From positions 1,331,903 through 1,395,902 of the forward strand of contig NMRA01000024.1 of assembly GCA_002633005.1 (NCBI GenBank): a stretch of DNA of 64,000 nucleotides, in the 5' to 3' direction. Position 1 is the stretch's first letter. Each line of letters opens with the position of its first letter. Made by a program: the position numbers and the translations under genes. Positions 1 through 13,500 of the stretch are shown here, piece after piece. The notes beneath the pieces were generated by a model, which ran no database searches, was not told where the DNA came from, and saw nothing but the letters and a program-made list of their open reading frames with translations. Source of the DNA: Phoronis australis. Its lineage: Eukaryota > Animalia > Phoronida.

Positions 1-1737
1 ATTTCAACACATGTAGGCCTAAAGCTAAAGACCGGACGGGACGCCAGCAAAATCTCAGTGGGAGTCAACCGACAATCACCTGATTGCCCGTTACAACCGT
101 TTAAGTGACTAAACAAAACAATTTACTTTTGCAACACTCTCTTGGGTCATTCTCGACCTTTTGTAGCAATGAAAAGTATTAGTTGGTGGGCCAAATCTCA
201 TAGCGTTCACCCTTGTGAGTACTTTGGGGGGGCAACCTAGTTTTTTCTATGTGGCTAGATAATATAACTAAAAATCAAATTCCAAAAAGTTCCCACGTCT
301 ACACTTGCACATTTTTTTAAAAAAAGGTGTTTTTGTTGCACAAAATATGATGCCTATTCCTGCCACTTGATGGCGCTTTTCTAGTGAATTGACCAATCAG
401 AGAGCCAGATTGTATTGTTGTGCTTAGTTACTTCAATATGGCTGCTCCCATGGAANTAGAGGCCCTACAGAATCTGGCCCACCGACTATATGTTGTCGTT
501 TTGAAAACCGTGAGGCCTACGCTCGTGTCACGCACACGCGCCATTTCCTTCATTAACTGGATTTTTGCGACAGTTCGCAACTGAGCAAAATTTGTTCTGA
601 CTGATGATTCGGTTTAAGTTTTTGGAAATTCTAAAAACTCATAATGAAGTGACCAGTTCAAATGTTGTGACGTGTAGGGCCTACGCAACCTCGTGAATCA
701 GTGAACGACAGTTGATTGGAGAATCGGCGAATGAAAGAACTGGCCAACAGGTGACGCAATATTTCATACGGCGCCGAAAGCCGACGCACCGGCGGAGTGA
801 GATCGCTCCCGGCAGTCGCTTTACAACACCGTGAAAAAATGGCAGGGTGAACAATTTTTAGCAAGTGGCGTCGCAGCAACTATTTCGTTTCTGCACTAGT
901 GATGTTTAATAGCCGCGTGCTTAAAGCACATACTCTGACCGATTTAACCGATGTGTAGTTATTCATACTGTATGAATACAAGACACTATCGTAAACAAAA
1001 GTCATCGACAGTAGAAAGATGCATTCCGAAAAGGCGCAATCTACTAGGCTTCACATTTCCTGAATATAAATTTTGAGCACCGATCAACAGACCACATTTA
1101 CACTTCAGTCCATCAGTCAAGGCAGTTTGCGTAAAGTGCTGCCTGTTGAGACTAACCAATCAGAAACGCCGGTGTAAAAAAAAATCCCGAGGAAAATTAA
1201 GTGATACCTGCGTGCTGGTGCGGCTACCGCCCTACCTAGCGGCACGTAGGGAAGCAGCGAGTGTCTCAAAATGCCAATGTGGTTCCAGTATCCGAAAATA
1301 CCTACTAGATAAAATCTTATTTTCGATGCCCTTTCTTTATATTCTTTTCGTCTTTCGTGCCAACAGTGATTTTTTAACAGTTTTTGACCCTTTTCTGTGA
1401 GTGTATAATTACCGGCTGTCATCAGTTATTTCCGTACCCACATTTCCGGCTCGTCAGTTCAGGAACGACGCCATTTTTCCTTGTAACTGAATGTGCTAGC
1501 GCTTGTTCGAAAAGTCTTCATTATTTTATTTTATTAGTAATATCTCGTGATTCGTTTGCATATGTAGTGTATTTATAATTTGTAGTTTGTAGTCGTTGAA
1601 TTTTTTTGGAATGTTACGGAACAAGTTTAGATAATTTTCATTGCGGTAGGTGATGGTAGAAATCAAAAGTTTCAACCCATGACGGAACGGAGGCTCTATT
1701 GCGGCCCCGGCGTTGGCACACAGTTACCGGGCTCAGC

Positions 1738-1887
1738 CATGGGCGGCGCACCATAGGGGGCTGGAGCGGGGCTATAGCCCCCACCGGCTTTTTTAAGTGC
1801 TGCGCCGCCCATGGTATATGGACGGACACCACAAGGGAAGTGGGGGCGCTACAGCCCCCCACTTTTTTCAGTGTTGCAACGCCCTTG
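1738..1887. mobile_element. hAT-like MITE, family A (CATGGGCGGCGCA terminus)
   Basis: Degenerate TIR; perfect 5-bp TSD tcagc/tcagc; second copy at 30067. Confidence 0.75.
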
Positions 1888-2046
1888 TCAGCACTCAACT
1901 CGATCCGTGACTGAGGCAGAGCCGGGCCCCGCAGCCGTCACTACTGACTGATATGCACTTGAGCTGTCTCGGCACTCTGACTGCCGCACCGACTGTTCGT
2001 CAGAGAGGGTATTTCAGTCAGCACAGGAGGCCGTAGACCAGAGCAG

Positions 2047-2339
2047 CAGTGGCGGATTTAGGGGGGGGGGCCAAGGGGGCCATGGCTCCCCTCTAAATTT
2101 CTACCAGATACCATTTGAGAGTTCGGGTGCGCCCTAGCAGGGGCTCGTCGGGGGTGAATTAACAACGCATAGGCCCTGAACTCCGTTTACCTTTTTTGTT
2201 TTTTTATTCAACAGGTCCGCAACCCCAAACATTCGAGGCCTCTGCGTACCCACACTTTAGGCTGGGCGCGCGCATCTGTCGAAATTCTGGTTATTCCCGG
2301 GCCCTGCCCCCCCCGCTCAAAATCCTGGATCCGCCCCTT
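2047..2339. mobile_element. hAT-like MITE, family B (CAGTGGCGGAT...ATCCGCCCCT)
   Basis: TIR with poly-G/poly-C subtermini; 5-bp TSD agcag/agcag; related copy at 30279. Confidence 0.78.
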
Positions 2340-2920
2340 AGCAGGGGGTCAAATCGATTGATTATCTAAGTTAGTTTCCGGTTTCAATGAGTCCCGGCCG
2401 CACTCCCACGGCACCTGGAAGGTCACCCAACGGTTTAATTCCGGACGCGCTCGAACCCCATTTATTATAAATTTATAATAAGTAAAGTACTTGTCTTTGT
2501 GTTTAGCCAAATATCTACAAAACATTTTCCTGTTGATCCCACTTACTGTATAGCCCAACAACAACTAAAGTTGGGAAGATGACCCCCGTAGCCAATATCT
2601 TACACGACTGATTAACTCCATTTTGCCTTTTATGGTTGCTGGGCCAGCTCTCTTTTGTTCGATATAATTGCTCTAATCTTCACTAAGATCGTCTCTGACT
2701 GGGCTGTGCTGTTAAAAACAAAAGTTAAGTTTTAACAAACACTAAACCAATATCATTTCTGAATTCTTCGTCACTGAAATGCTGAACATGTTTATAGTTT
2801 TTAAATCACCAAAATCACCCAACTACAACCGATACCGACAATCTATTCTTTCCGACGTACCAAGTCGCTCTGGCCGTCTCGGCGCCTATTCACACGTGGT
2901 CTGTAGGCTAAGCCTGGTGA

Positions 2921-2981
2921 ACTCGCTGGTTCCCAGCGTGCCGAGTCAGCTACCACCTGGCGGCACGCAGGGAACCAGCGA
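2921..2981. repeat. Short palindromic repeat; diverged second copy at about 1205-1262
   Basis: ctcgctggttccc-a-gcgtgccg...cggcacgc-a-gggaaccagcgag inverted arms; cggcacgtagggaagcagcgag recurs near 1240. Confidence 0.6.
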
Positions 2982-3890
2982 GGCCTCCCTGTTGCCATAC
3001 CGAACAAAAGCCTGTGCTTGGCAGTTAACAAAAGGACAAGACAACCGAACTTTAGTGACATCCATGTACCGGAGCACCAAGGATTCGGGCCCTGCGCTAC
3101 TGGTACTGTTCCGAAGGGGCGACGGGCACTAGTATGTAAACTTAAGACACCAAAAAAAAAACTGTCCCGAGCCAAGTACTAGCATGACAGCTGTTGCCAA
3201 TAAGCCGGCTTCATGCGAATCAAACTCTAAGCTGTTGCCAAAGTAAGCCAGCTTCACACCTAAGATGTCAATAACGCTGTTGCCATCCAGCCAGCGTCTC
3301 GTCTCCACAAGAAGAAGAACACCACGACCACCACCAGCCTACTAGGTCCCGGTGCCGCTCGATCCACGTCCGCACCAACCACAGCAAGGACAGAAGGCGA
3401 GATCCACCGATCTTGCGAAGGTTTCCGAGGGTTTCGCCCTCATCTACTCTACTCTCTAACAAAAGGAGCTAGATTTTATCACACGCTCATAACCCTCCGT
3501 CTGGTAATACGGTAACTGAACGGGAGAACGCCGTCATGTTATACTAGACTTTATCTTAGCAATAGTGCTCAGAATCCCGTACAATTCAAGTAGGCCTAAC
3601 CCTGACTGATCATTAGCAAATCATTACTAGCGAAAAGAATATATAGGCCTATACATCCATTGGAGTCAGGCGTAACCGGCCTGTGATTTTAGCAAATTAG
3701 CGAAGGTACATGTATTGTAAAGCAAAGGTATATCACTAACATGACCAAATTGTGTTCTGTTACAGTCTAGTCATTCCGATGCAGCTTTTGAGTTTTGTCA
3801 TAAAAATTACATAAGTCATATTTTTGATAGCACCTCGTGCGAAAGTGGGAGATTTGGTAGTGTAGCATGCAGCGCATAAAGCATATGATA

Positions 3891-4748
3891 TTATATAGAT
3901 TATTACATGGCGAAGTCGTTATCCCCCGTTATCTAGAGCCCGAGTGGATTTGGAGAATTATCGCCCGAGGGGCGTTAACCCCGAGGGTGATAATTCTACA
4001 AAATCCACGAGGGCCTTAGATAAGGGGGATAACGACTGAGAACATGTAATAATCTATTTATACCACATACTGAACGAGAAACATTGCAATGAATCGATCT
4101 ACCTTTCTGGACTCGCCTCGGCTTTGTAACTACTTTCTATGTCAGAGGCCCGGGGTCGGAGGTCGTGACCTTTTAAGAAAAGCCGAGCTGTTTTTGTCAA
4201 ATAAAGCTTTTACTCACAACCAATTGAAAATTTAAACAAAATAGAAATAAAGTGAATCTATAAATTGATGTTTAGCAACTATTATAGCTTACTACACACT
4301 TTATCACACTAAGCTTCGACCGGGAAAATATCGTCTGCTAAAGTAGGTTACCACTAGTAACTGACTATAATGCTCAAGTCAAAGGATCCCGACGACACGA
4401 TACCCGCATTCAAATTGGAAATCGGTGATTTACAAGTGAGAGAACACGAGAGAAATTTTTCACTGAATTAAAATATCGTTTTTATTGAAATTATGCGTAT
4501 AAATGTCGGTGCAATGCCCTTTGCTGAACATGCGATTGTTGCGCGTGCTCATTAAGTATTCTATTTTCACGTTCGATCACGTCAGCCGCTGAGTGGTGTA
4601 GTGGTAAAGTCGGCGACTCGAAACTCTTGAAACCCGGGTTCGAATCCGGCCTCGGTTTCGCGCCAAAATGTTATCTCACTAGTGAGATAACTTTATGGGT
4701 TATTACACGGTTGTACCTGCCATTCGAGGCTAATATTGTGGTATAAAT
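3891..4748. mobile_element. Non-autonomous element with a long terminal hairpin and an internal complementary repeat (Crypton-like)
   Basis: About 160-nt imperfect palindrome at 3895-4057. The 3' end tgtggtataaat (4737-4748) is the inverse of atttataccaca (4056-4067). The family label is inference. Confidence 0.55.
4588..4656 (+). pseudogene. tRNA-like sequence / Pol III A- and B-box module (not a canonical tRNA)
   Basis: A-box TGGTGTAGTGG, B-box GGTTCGAATCC, acceptor-like pairing gctgag/ctcggt; the anticodon arm does not fold. Confidence 0.5.
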
Positions 4749-6528
4749 GAAAGTTAAGTTTCATACGAATCCGACTCCTCAGAGATATGATGTTCCGAAG
4801 TTGGTCACTTTCTTCGGAGGATCCTACATACAACCGTTAAGATTACTCGGATCAATGATCGGGTGCCACAAGACCAGACGGTGTTGCTCAGGCACTGTTA
4901 CACTGTGCCACTCTTCCTATAGCAACGTACGCGCAACGTGGCCGGTTCAGATCTAAAAATGACCCTTCTTGTACGTGAAACATAACTATAGGTTCCGGCC
5001 ATGTTGTCTGATGGTTGCGAAAAGTTCAGCCGCCCTCGGCCGGCGCGACCGGAGTTAGCCCCCTAAACGCGTACAGCAAAGTCCGCATGCCTGGCGGGAT
5101 CTGGGTGCGGCCTGTTGGGCAGAGGTGGAGGCCAACAGGGGGAATCTGAAATTTGGCAAAGATTTTGGGAAGTCGAATTAGTTTAGTGTCCTCCTCCCAC
5201 GGGCCTGGACTTAAGTTTGTCCATGGTGATGAAACTTTGGAGTGTTCGTGAGTGCAAATGTTTTGAGAAACCAACAATAAATAAATCATACTGGGTTACC
5301 GGCTTTAGATGCAATAAACCTAATTGACCGCCGTGTGAGCGCATGCTAATTCAGTGTTTACTGACAGAAAGCTGTTGTGAAACAATAACTCTATATGAAT
5401 ATGCTATGGTCAGACGGTAAGGAAATCTTTATTCATTGATGTATATACATTATTCGAATTATTGTTATTGTACACCTTTTTTCGGCGGTTCAGTGGAAGG
5501 GGAATGTAGTGGCTTCGCGGCCCCGACGGGTAAGTAGATTAGCAATTTTGCGGAGTTTGTACCAAAATAATCTCGTGCACACACTTCTTTGGTTCACTAG
5601 TCTAGTCTTTTCGAGACTGTAAGTTAATCTTCAACTTTGATAGCCGATTAACCCGGCTGGTTTATGTTCTTGATGTTTCCAGTCCTGGCCGGGCCTAAGG
5701 CTACGGGTCCAATCGGGTTCCGAGCCACAAGGTTACAACGAGCGATTTATGAATTTAGAAAATAATCATTAGTCTGAAATTACAACGCACGGCTATGCTC
5801 TTCTGTCTATATTTCACAGAAGAATCATTCTAGTTTATCACCGAACAGATCCAAACTTCCCGCGGCCGACCTCGGTAAGTTGGCCTACCGAACTTTGTAG
5901 GCTGCCGTGGTAGGATGCGTTCAAAATTTCTATAAATTCGTAACAGCAAAATAAAACAACTCGTTTGTTTAAAAACTCTATGTATTTGTAAGGGTTTTGC
6001 ATTGAATTTTGATGATTTGTTGGAGTAAAGCGATGAAGTCAAGCGACATGCTGACACCAGTAAGCGTGTTGTGAACTGCTGAACAGACATTGTTAGAACC
6101 TGTGACGTCAATTTTTAATTTTACCTCTATCTGCCGTCTGGTGTCAGGTAAAACAACTGAACTTGCTGTTATCGAATGGAACTACTCGCTCTAAATTGAT
6201 ACAAAATACGTTGTTGTTTTTTTGGTGGCATTCTCCTTTAAGATTATTAGAAATATCAGAAACTTTTTCGATGAGTTTGAAGAGGAAGCTAAATCTAAAT
6301 TGCCTGCAGTAAATCATAAAGCTGCAGCCTAACGAAGAGGACACGGAAAAAGCAACCTAATGACGGAGACGCTCATCGTGGTAACAAAAAATTTTTTTAA
6401 AGAGTTTTCCGCTTTAAAATCAAAATAGAAATTCGCAAGATCATGAGAGCAAATAGGTTGCTGTTTCACGTTTAACGCTCATAAGCCAAATGTGTTCATT
6501 TGGATAAATGTACACTAGATTATATAGA

Positions 6529-7002
6529 CAGTGGCCACCGTCTCCAGCTGGCTCCAGTAGAGACGGAGCTTCATACGCCGGAATTAAGCTTTTCGGCGAA
6601 TTATACCTCACACCTATTAAAATATCTAAGTCACGTTGTTATAAGTACTTGTGCATAGAGGGACACCCTTGAAAGCCGTCGATGTCTTTAATTCCTTCTA
6701 ACTCGAACAAATTCTCCGAAATCAAACTGTTTCATCGAGGAGTGCGAGCATTGTTAAAAATGGCCCGTGGCCAGTTTAGGCAACTGAACGAGGGACTGTT
6801 CGAAGAACTTAATCGTGAGCTTGATTACGGCAACATTTGTTCGAGTTGAAAGGAATTAAAGATATGGTTGGCCTCCTAAGGTATCCCTTTATACGCAAAA
6901 GGTACTAATAACAACGTGACTTTGGTGTTTTAATCTGTGTGAGGCATAATTTTTCGAAAAGCTTCCGTTTCTATTGGGGCCAGCCAGAGAGGGTGGTCAC
7001 TG
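6529..7002. mobile_element. Tc1/mariner-like MITE with long (~190 bp) TIRs
   Basis: cagtggccacc...ggtggtcactg|ta; inner arms match (e.g. tctttaattcctt / aaggaattaaaga, agtcacgttgtta / taacaacgtgact). Confidence 0.8.
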
Positions 7003-9359
7003 TATACATTATAATGAGAGCTTTTTCCAGTAGGAATACATTGGATATTTCAACTTTCAAATTGTTTAGTTTACTCCATTTGGTATTCAAGAACTGAACT
7101 ACGTAGGTCTACATAATTTACTTCAGATTACTCGGTGGGGTCAACAGATTTCTGATAGCTTAGGGCCCCTACAACCCCTTAATCTGACACTGTCGCCACC
7201 TGGTGACTGACAAACTGCATGTTAACATGATATCATTACCTGTGTTCAAAATAGGGAGAGTCATTACTATGCTAAATAGGATTTTTGAAAAAATATCTTT
7301 AATCAAAAACTGGCGTTTTTTTCCATTTTGTCTACGTATATGGTAGCTACGACCCCGATAAGAAAAGAAGCCTAGTTTATGATCAAAAGCAGAAATGGTC
7401 GATTGACATTTCTTTTGATGCCCTATATTGCAAGATAACGTCATGCGTTTTTTTTTCCGTCTAAGAATACCACATGGGGAGATATTTGATCGGGTCCAAG
7501 TAAGATAATACACGCATAGTGTAGGCTAGTAGAAAACGAGCAAAAGTGTCGGCTAATTAAGATCGCTATACACCGTGTACTAGAATGCAAATTATTTACT
7601 ATGTAAGACAATACTACGCGTAATTAATAGACTGTTCACCAGTATATCATGCATACTTATACTGTTCCCCTCAACCAAACTCGGACATTTTTTACAATGT
7701 GACGACAATATAAACAACAACAATAATAATAATCATTCATGTACTAACGGACTGAGATTTTCTTTATATGTGGCACACAAACATAAAAACTTCAGAAAAT
7801 AAATAAAATTGCAAACCAGGAAACACTGGTCCAAGAGAAAAAAATAGCCAATTAAATGCTTGTCGTTGGGGCGCTTTCAGGGTTCCTGGCTAATTCTATT
7901 ATAAGCAAACTTATCGTGGTCCCAAGTTTGTGCACTTAGTCCTTTCTAGCCATGTAGCTCCGGAAGTCGAAATAGAGTGTCGCGAGCTTTGATTTTAGAT
8001 GTAGGGACTGTATGAGGCCTCCCAAGGCTGATATAGAATGAAACACAAAGTTTACCCCCCCCCCGGGCAGGTGTACTCTTAGATTAGACTAAAGACTCGG
8101 AAATATTATATGAAGAAATGGGTTGGATGCACTTTTAGATCGGAAACTAAAGACTCATCCCTTTGCAAACTTTGGACAGGGTATACCTTGGACGTTTTAA
8201 ATGTCTACATTTTCTTTTTACTATAGTGAAGATTATTTAATTTATCGATCGTCATCAACAAAGTATGGCCTCAGTAAACCCCGCCGTACGGTTATTTGAA
8301 AAAAATGAGCTATAGCATCGACTTTTTCCTAGTAAAAATTGACCATAGATTAGTAATCATTCATGCATAATAGCATACTGTAGTGTAGTATGAAAGTATC
8401 CAAAACATCCTAGCTACCATGAAACCAATCTCGGTGTTTCTAGACGACTTGATTTTTTCACGCTGGAACATTCTGCGTTTTAAAAGTACTCCTATGAATG
8501 AGGTGAAAAACGTCAAAATCAAATTGCCGTGTGTAATTACTCACAGAACATATATTTTAAAGCTCTTATAGGAGCCACTGACTATTTCTTGTGAATTGTC
8601 TCTTCGCCGAACTGTTTTTGAAAAGACTAACGAAATGATATTTCACTCGTTAAATATATTTATGTGAGAATATGGACTCGTCCCTCTTATACCCCCATCT
8701 TTCGGACTGATCCAATAACTCCTTGTGTAGATTCGCATGCGGTCCTCCTGCACTCGAGGCACTAGGACATTCCATTGCCAGCCTCACTATTGGTTCGTTT
8801 GTGTTACTGCCACGAGTTTGGTCAGCTCCTGGCTCCCATAGGCTGATGATTGTCACGTGTCATAGGGCTCCTTTGTTCTCAGTAAAGTTATAGTTCCTGC
8901 CATCAATACTTCGCTTTAGCAGCACTTAGGTTCGAGTCTAATCTCTCTTCATTTTTTCCCACCTTCTACCACCCTCTCCTTTGGGTAATTCTTCTTACCT
9001 GAGTACTGGCGCTTTTTATTGCCCATCTTTCCAGAGATTATTATGTTATCTTTATGTTATTTGTACACTCATATTTCTGTACCTTATCCGTCGTAATAAA
9101 TGGCCTTATATCGCCTATACACGGTCTCCTTTGTATCTCTGGAAACGGAGCTTGCGACGCACCTATTATTTTCGGGACATATTCCGAGCATAAATGTTGA
9201 TTTCCGTATGTCGTTTAACAGTTCTAAATGAGCCCGGAGTAGCCTCTTTCCAGTTTTCAGCGCGCAACGGGCATCGTACAAGCCGAAAATGCACTCAGCA
9301 AGTCAAAAAGTCATATTACAAAAGCCTGTCTAACGAATTTCTGAGTATAGATGCTAGGA

Positions 9360-10520
9360 GTCACTTTTCAGTAAATTCTATTCAAACTACTGCAGATGAA
9401 GTCAATAGACTTTTTGAAAACATTGCCACGTTGAAGAGTGGCTCATGAACAGACATAACGCGTAAAATGTTTAAATCTTTGGCAAATTCACTTACTATTC
9501 CAGTAACTACATTATTTAAGAACTTTTTTCATTTGCGGGTCTTTCTAACGAAATGCCAATATGGGTTAATGATACATGTACATAAAAAACTTGACTTTAG
9601 TGTCAAATTATCTCCCCGTTACTTTACTCTACTCCATCTCAAAACTTTTTAAAAAAATGTGTTTCCTTTATAAATGAACGCATAGTAACTCACAACTTGC
9701 TATATGCTGTTTAGTTTGGTTGCTTTTTTGCCTGGTAGAAGCACCATATCACAGTGGACTGAAATAATTCATGGACTCCACTTAGAATTTCTTACGGGTA
9801 ACAGTCTTCTGGTTCTTTTTCTGGATTTGGTCTCTGCGTTTGATATTGTGCATAATGGTCTCTGTTAAGCTTTAAAGAGTTTCATCAATATGGAATTGGT
9901 GGACCTGTGCACGGTTTAATAATTGGTTCGGTCAAATGTTTTAAATAGCCGGAACGGCTAAGAGAGCGTGCTGACGGTGTTGTTTCTTATGAATGACCAA
10001 CTTGTACTGGTGTACCACAAGGCAGTGTACTGGGGCCGTTGCTTTTTCTAATATTTGTTTATGACCAGCCCGACGGATTGTATTCTAAAACGTTTTCATA
10101 TGCTGACGATATATGAATTTTCGTCCTTATCCAAAAGACAAACACAAACATGGTAACCTTCTACAAAGGGACCTTAATTTATTGCATGATTGGCAATCAA
10201 AAAGCGCATGGAGTTCAAAGTATCCAAAATTTGTGACATAACGTTTTCATTAAAAGCTCCACACATATTGACAGACTCCAAAGAAGCTACGTGAATGATT
10301 CTGCTGTTCCTCAAAGTGTGTCAGTCAAGCATCTGGGTGGGATGTTCTACTTGATCCTTAACTCACTATGAATCATCACTGCGCGGACATGTTAGAAAAT
10401 TCAAAAACTAAATTCATTTAGAATGCTGTCTAAACATATTTCCAGTTGCTATTTAGAGTCCATTAATATTTTTAGTCTACTTTCTATTTTAACTTTATGT
10501 ACTGTAGGCCTAGATATAAT
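9360..10520 (+). mobile_element. Decayed non-LTR retrotransposon (CR1/L2-like) reverse transcriptase
   Basis: Frameshifted RT motifs: TTADEVNRLF..LANSLTIPVTTLF, FLDLVSAFDIV, TGVPQGSVLGPLLFLIFVYD, YADD. Confidence 0.85.
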
Positions 10521-13500
10521 GACGCAAATTTGACTTCACTCTGTTAACTTGAAAAGACACCTGTACCAAGTTGCTCTTTTCGTATCGAGGTCTGTCAAGG
10601 GTTCCAGTACATGAGAGTCTTAGGACTTCTCTCGCTCGTGCATACGATCGTTGAAGACGATTGCATCTAGTCCGAGTCGCCGTCTATTACTTTGTGTCCA
10701 CGAACACAGCAAGTTGTGGAAAAAGATAAATTCTCACACAAATCATTCATTTCAAAGGTAATTTGACAATTCGCTGTTTCGATCTTGTGCTCACGACGCG
10801 CTGTAATCACCGACTCGAGTTGGTTCCTTGATTTCAGTCTCCCTGAGTGGTGCGTGCTTCGTATGTTGTATAACACGATGAACTCTTGACCTATTATACT
10901 TACTGGTGATTCCGCCTTGGACCTAGTTTGACTCACTTCTTTTAAGGTTCACTTACGAAATTGATTTCAACGTTTTAGTGATAATTAAGTTAATTATGCA
11001 CTGCAAATTCAGTTGAGATTGCAAGTAAATGGTGAAATAACGACGTTTTTCACTTTTTCTCGGCTTCAGCAAATCGACATCATGAGAAATATTGGGTTTC
11101 ATTGAAATCGACTAAGGGGTATTGAAAGTAGGCCACCCAAATGTCATTGTTAAAAATCCTGTTAAATTATTTCGTAAGGGTGAGAGTCTAACTCTTCTCC
11201 CTAAGTTACGTGTATCACGTGAAAAAAGTTTATACTTCAACTCTCAACAGTTCTATCATAATTTTATCAACTTTGTGACTAATTAGTGCATCTGTGGTAT
11301 AACTGATAGTGGTGCTCACTACTTGCTCACATGTCCCGTCTGTTATGCTGAGTGCGAACGGCTCTTTCGCAGCCTCCAATCCAACGATCAGATTTGATCT
11401 CATTTAGATAACTTTAGTAATAGGAATAAAAATCACTTTTATTATACTGTGAGGTTGCCACAACTTAGCTTATAGCTGTAATGTTTTATTACTCCAAAAC
11501 CTTAGTGATTTCATTTTTAAATGTCAAAGTAAAGAAATTATTTAATTTCTACACTATGCTAAGCTTTTTGTTTGTTTTTATTTTGTTAATCAGCTAGTGA
11601 GATTTCCTTTTGCTTTCGTTAGTTTCTTTGTGTTATTGGTCATTATTATATTTTTTACGTAAATAATTTATCGCCTGGATATAACGATTCGTTTTTTGGG
11701 CTAATTTTCTGTGCCAATATCCTAATGTTACAATAGAAAATGCAGTCTTGTTCCTGACTATTACTTCTTTGTCAAACGTCATTTGTACCGTAGCGCCTTC
11801 TGGTGACTGCCATAAACATGAGTTAGCATGAATCTTCGCCGTTGAAAATCAGCTCATGTTTTGGAGGGGAGTGAAACCATGTGATTTGGTTCTTGCGACG
11901 AGTTAGCGCTCGTAATTACGAAAACCATCACCATAGAAACACTGATTAGCATAACAGGAAATACGTCATTAAATGTTTGTGACTGGTTTGATTTAGTTGA
12001 TTATTGTGTGGGAGGTTTTTTGAACCGGTACATGCGCTTAATTCAAGCGAAACAAATGAACTTGTATTTGGATAGCAGGTATGCTATGTTATTCCGCATG
12101 TTAAGTTTTTTTCTTTAATTGTCTTTTTAAGTACAAGTTATCAACCTTAAAAAACATATATCATTTACATTGTTGAAAATCACAGAAACAAAGGCATTAG
12201 AGATTTGAGATCACGTGGCCGTGTCTTTATTTCACGAAAATCGCCGTTTACTGACTTCTATGAATGTAATTTTTTTCACACAAAACTCGTTAATCATATT
12301 CTTTATTGACCCTCATTCGGCTTGTTTACTAGAATTTTCGTCAATACCTTAAAAGAACGTGAAAAATTGAACATTCTTCCGTTCGAAAATCTTGATATTT
12401 GCTGGACAGTCGAATATTTGCACTAAAAGGTTTTGACAGAATGAACGGATTTTGCATATTTACGAAAATATTTCATGTCTGAGGAAATTTTGCAATCATC
12501 CTGAAAATCATGAATTTAAAAGTACGTTTAGTTGTTTACAAACCTCTCACCACTAAGATTTTTTGTACACATGATATATTTTTGAGATTACCAAGAACTT
12601 TAACAGATGTGGAGTTTCATAGATTGAAAATTAGTACTCGAAAGGAAATTTAAGAAATTTCATCCTTGCTTATGGAGGTATGCATTTTTATTAGGAATTT
12701 TGTTGTCAGTTGATCGTTTAGAGAGCCCGTTCAAGAGGGGGTGCCGGAGCAAACCGACCTGTATCCTTTGCTACCCGGTAAATCAGCTCTGCGCTCAGAT
12801 GTAAGTTGAAACCACTAAATTTTCAGCTGCTATGATTAACCCGCCTTGTAACAAAAACTTGAAATGGTCTTGGTTTCTTCCTTGTTCAGTTCAGACATGG
12901 TTTCTCAATTTTGTGCTTTGAAAGAACTGCTGCTTGACGCTAAGGTTGGCGCACAAATTGACTCACTTCGGTCCAAGAAAATTTTATATTGAGCCTAGTC
13001 GCGACCGGCGGAACACAATGAACTGCAAGTTTACGTTCCTTCACAACTCCCTTATGGGACCAGAGCTGCTCTCTGGCTGAATCAAGGCGTTATCGATATG
13101 CACTGCCACTACCTTGATCCTTGCCCACAAATTCCTTTTTTATCTGCGTCAGAACTTTACAATCTTTGAAGACTCTTGTGAGTTAAGACCACTTTTACTG
13201 CAGTGAATGGTCTAAATCAAAAGTTCGCTTATGTGACGGAACTCAGGTTTATTGCCACTTGGAAGAAGGTTTTACAAGTTATTTCCCACCGCAATGTTAC
13301 GCGTACTCCTATTTCACAATAGTGCGGCTTCAAAAATATAGGCAATCCACAAAACGTGAAAGGATTTCAAAAAATGTGCCATTTGTAGGACAAGTTCAGT
13401 TTTATTTTGTAACGCGATATTACACGACGTTGATCTTTTGTTGCATTGGCACTTTGACACCTTTTGTGGATGACCGATGTCTCTCCTGGCCAACTGCCAG

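Noticed and set aside
1-901. End of a CACTA/Chapaev-like element (…ctagtg)
   Set aside because: The partner terminus is not visible in the window, so it cannot be supported.
2990-3517. Possible solo LTR with tgttgcca direct repeats
   Set aside because: It ends in CT rather than CA and has no TSD.
4588-4656. Functional tRNA gene
   Set aside because: The anticodon stem does not pair; kept only as tRNA-like.
8663-9179. Possible solo LTR (TG..CA, AATAAA near 9095)
   Set aside because: No convincing TSD, no second copy and no primer-binding site.
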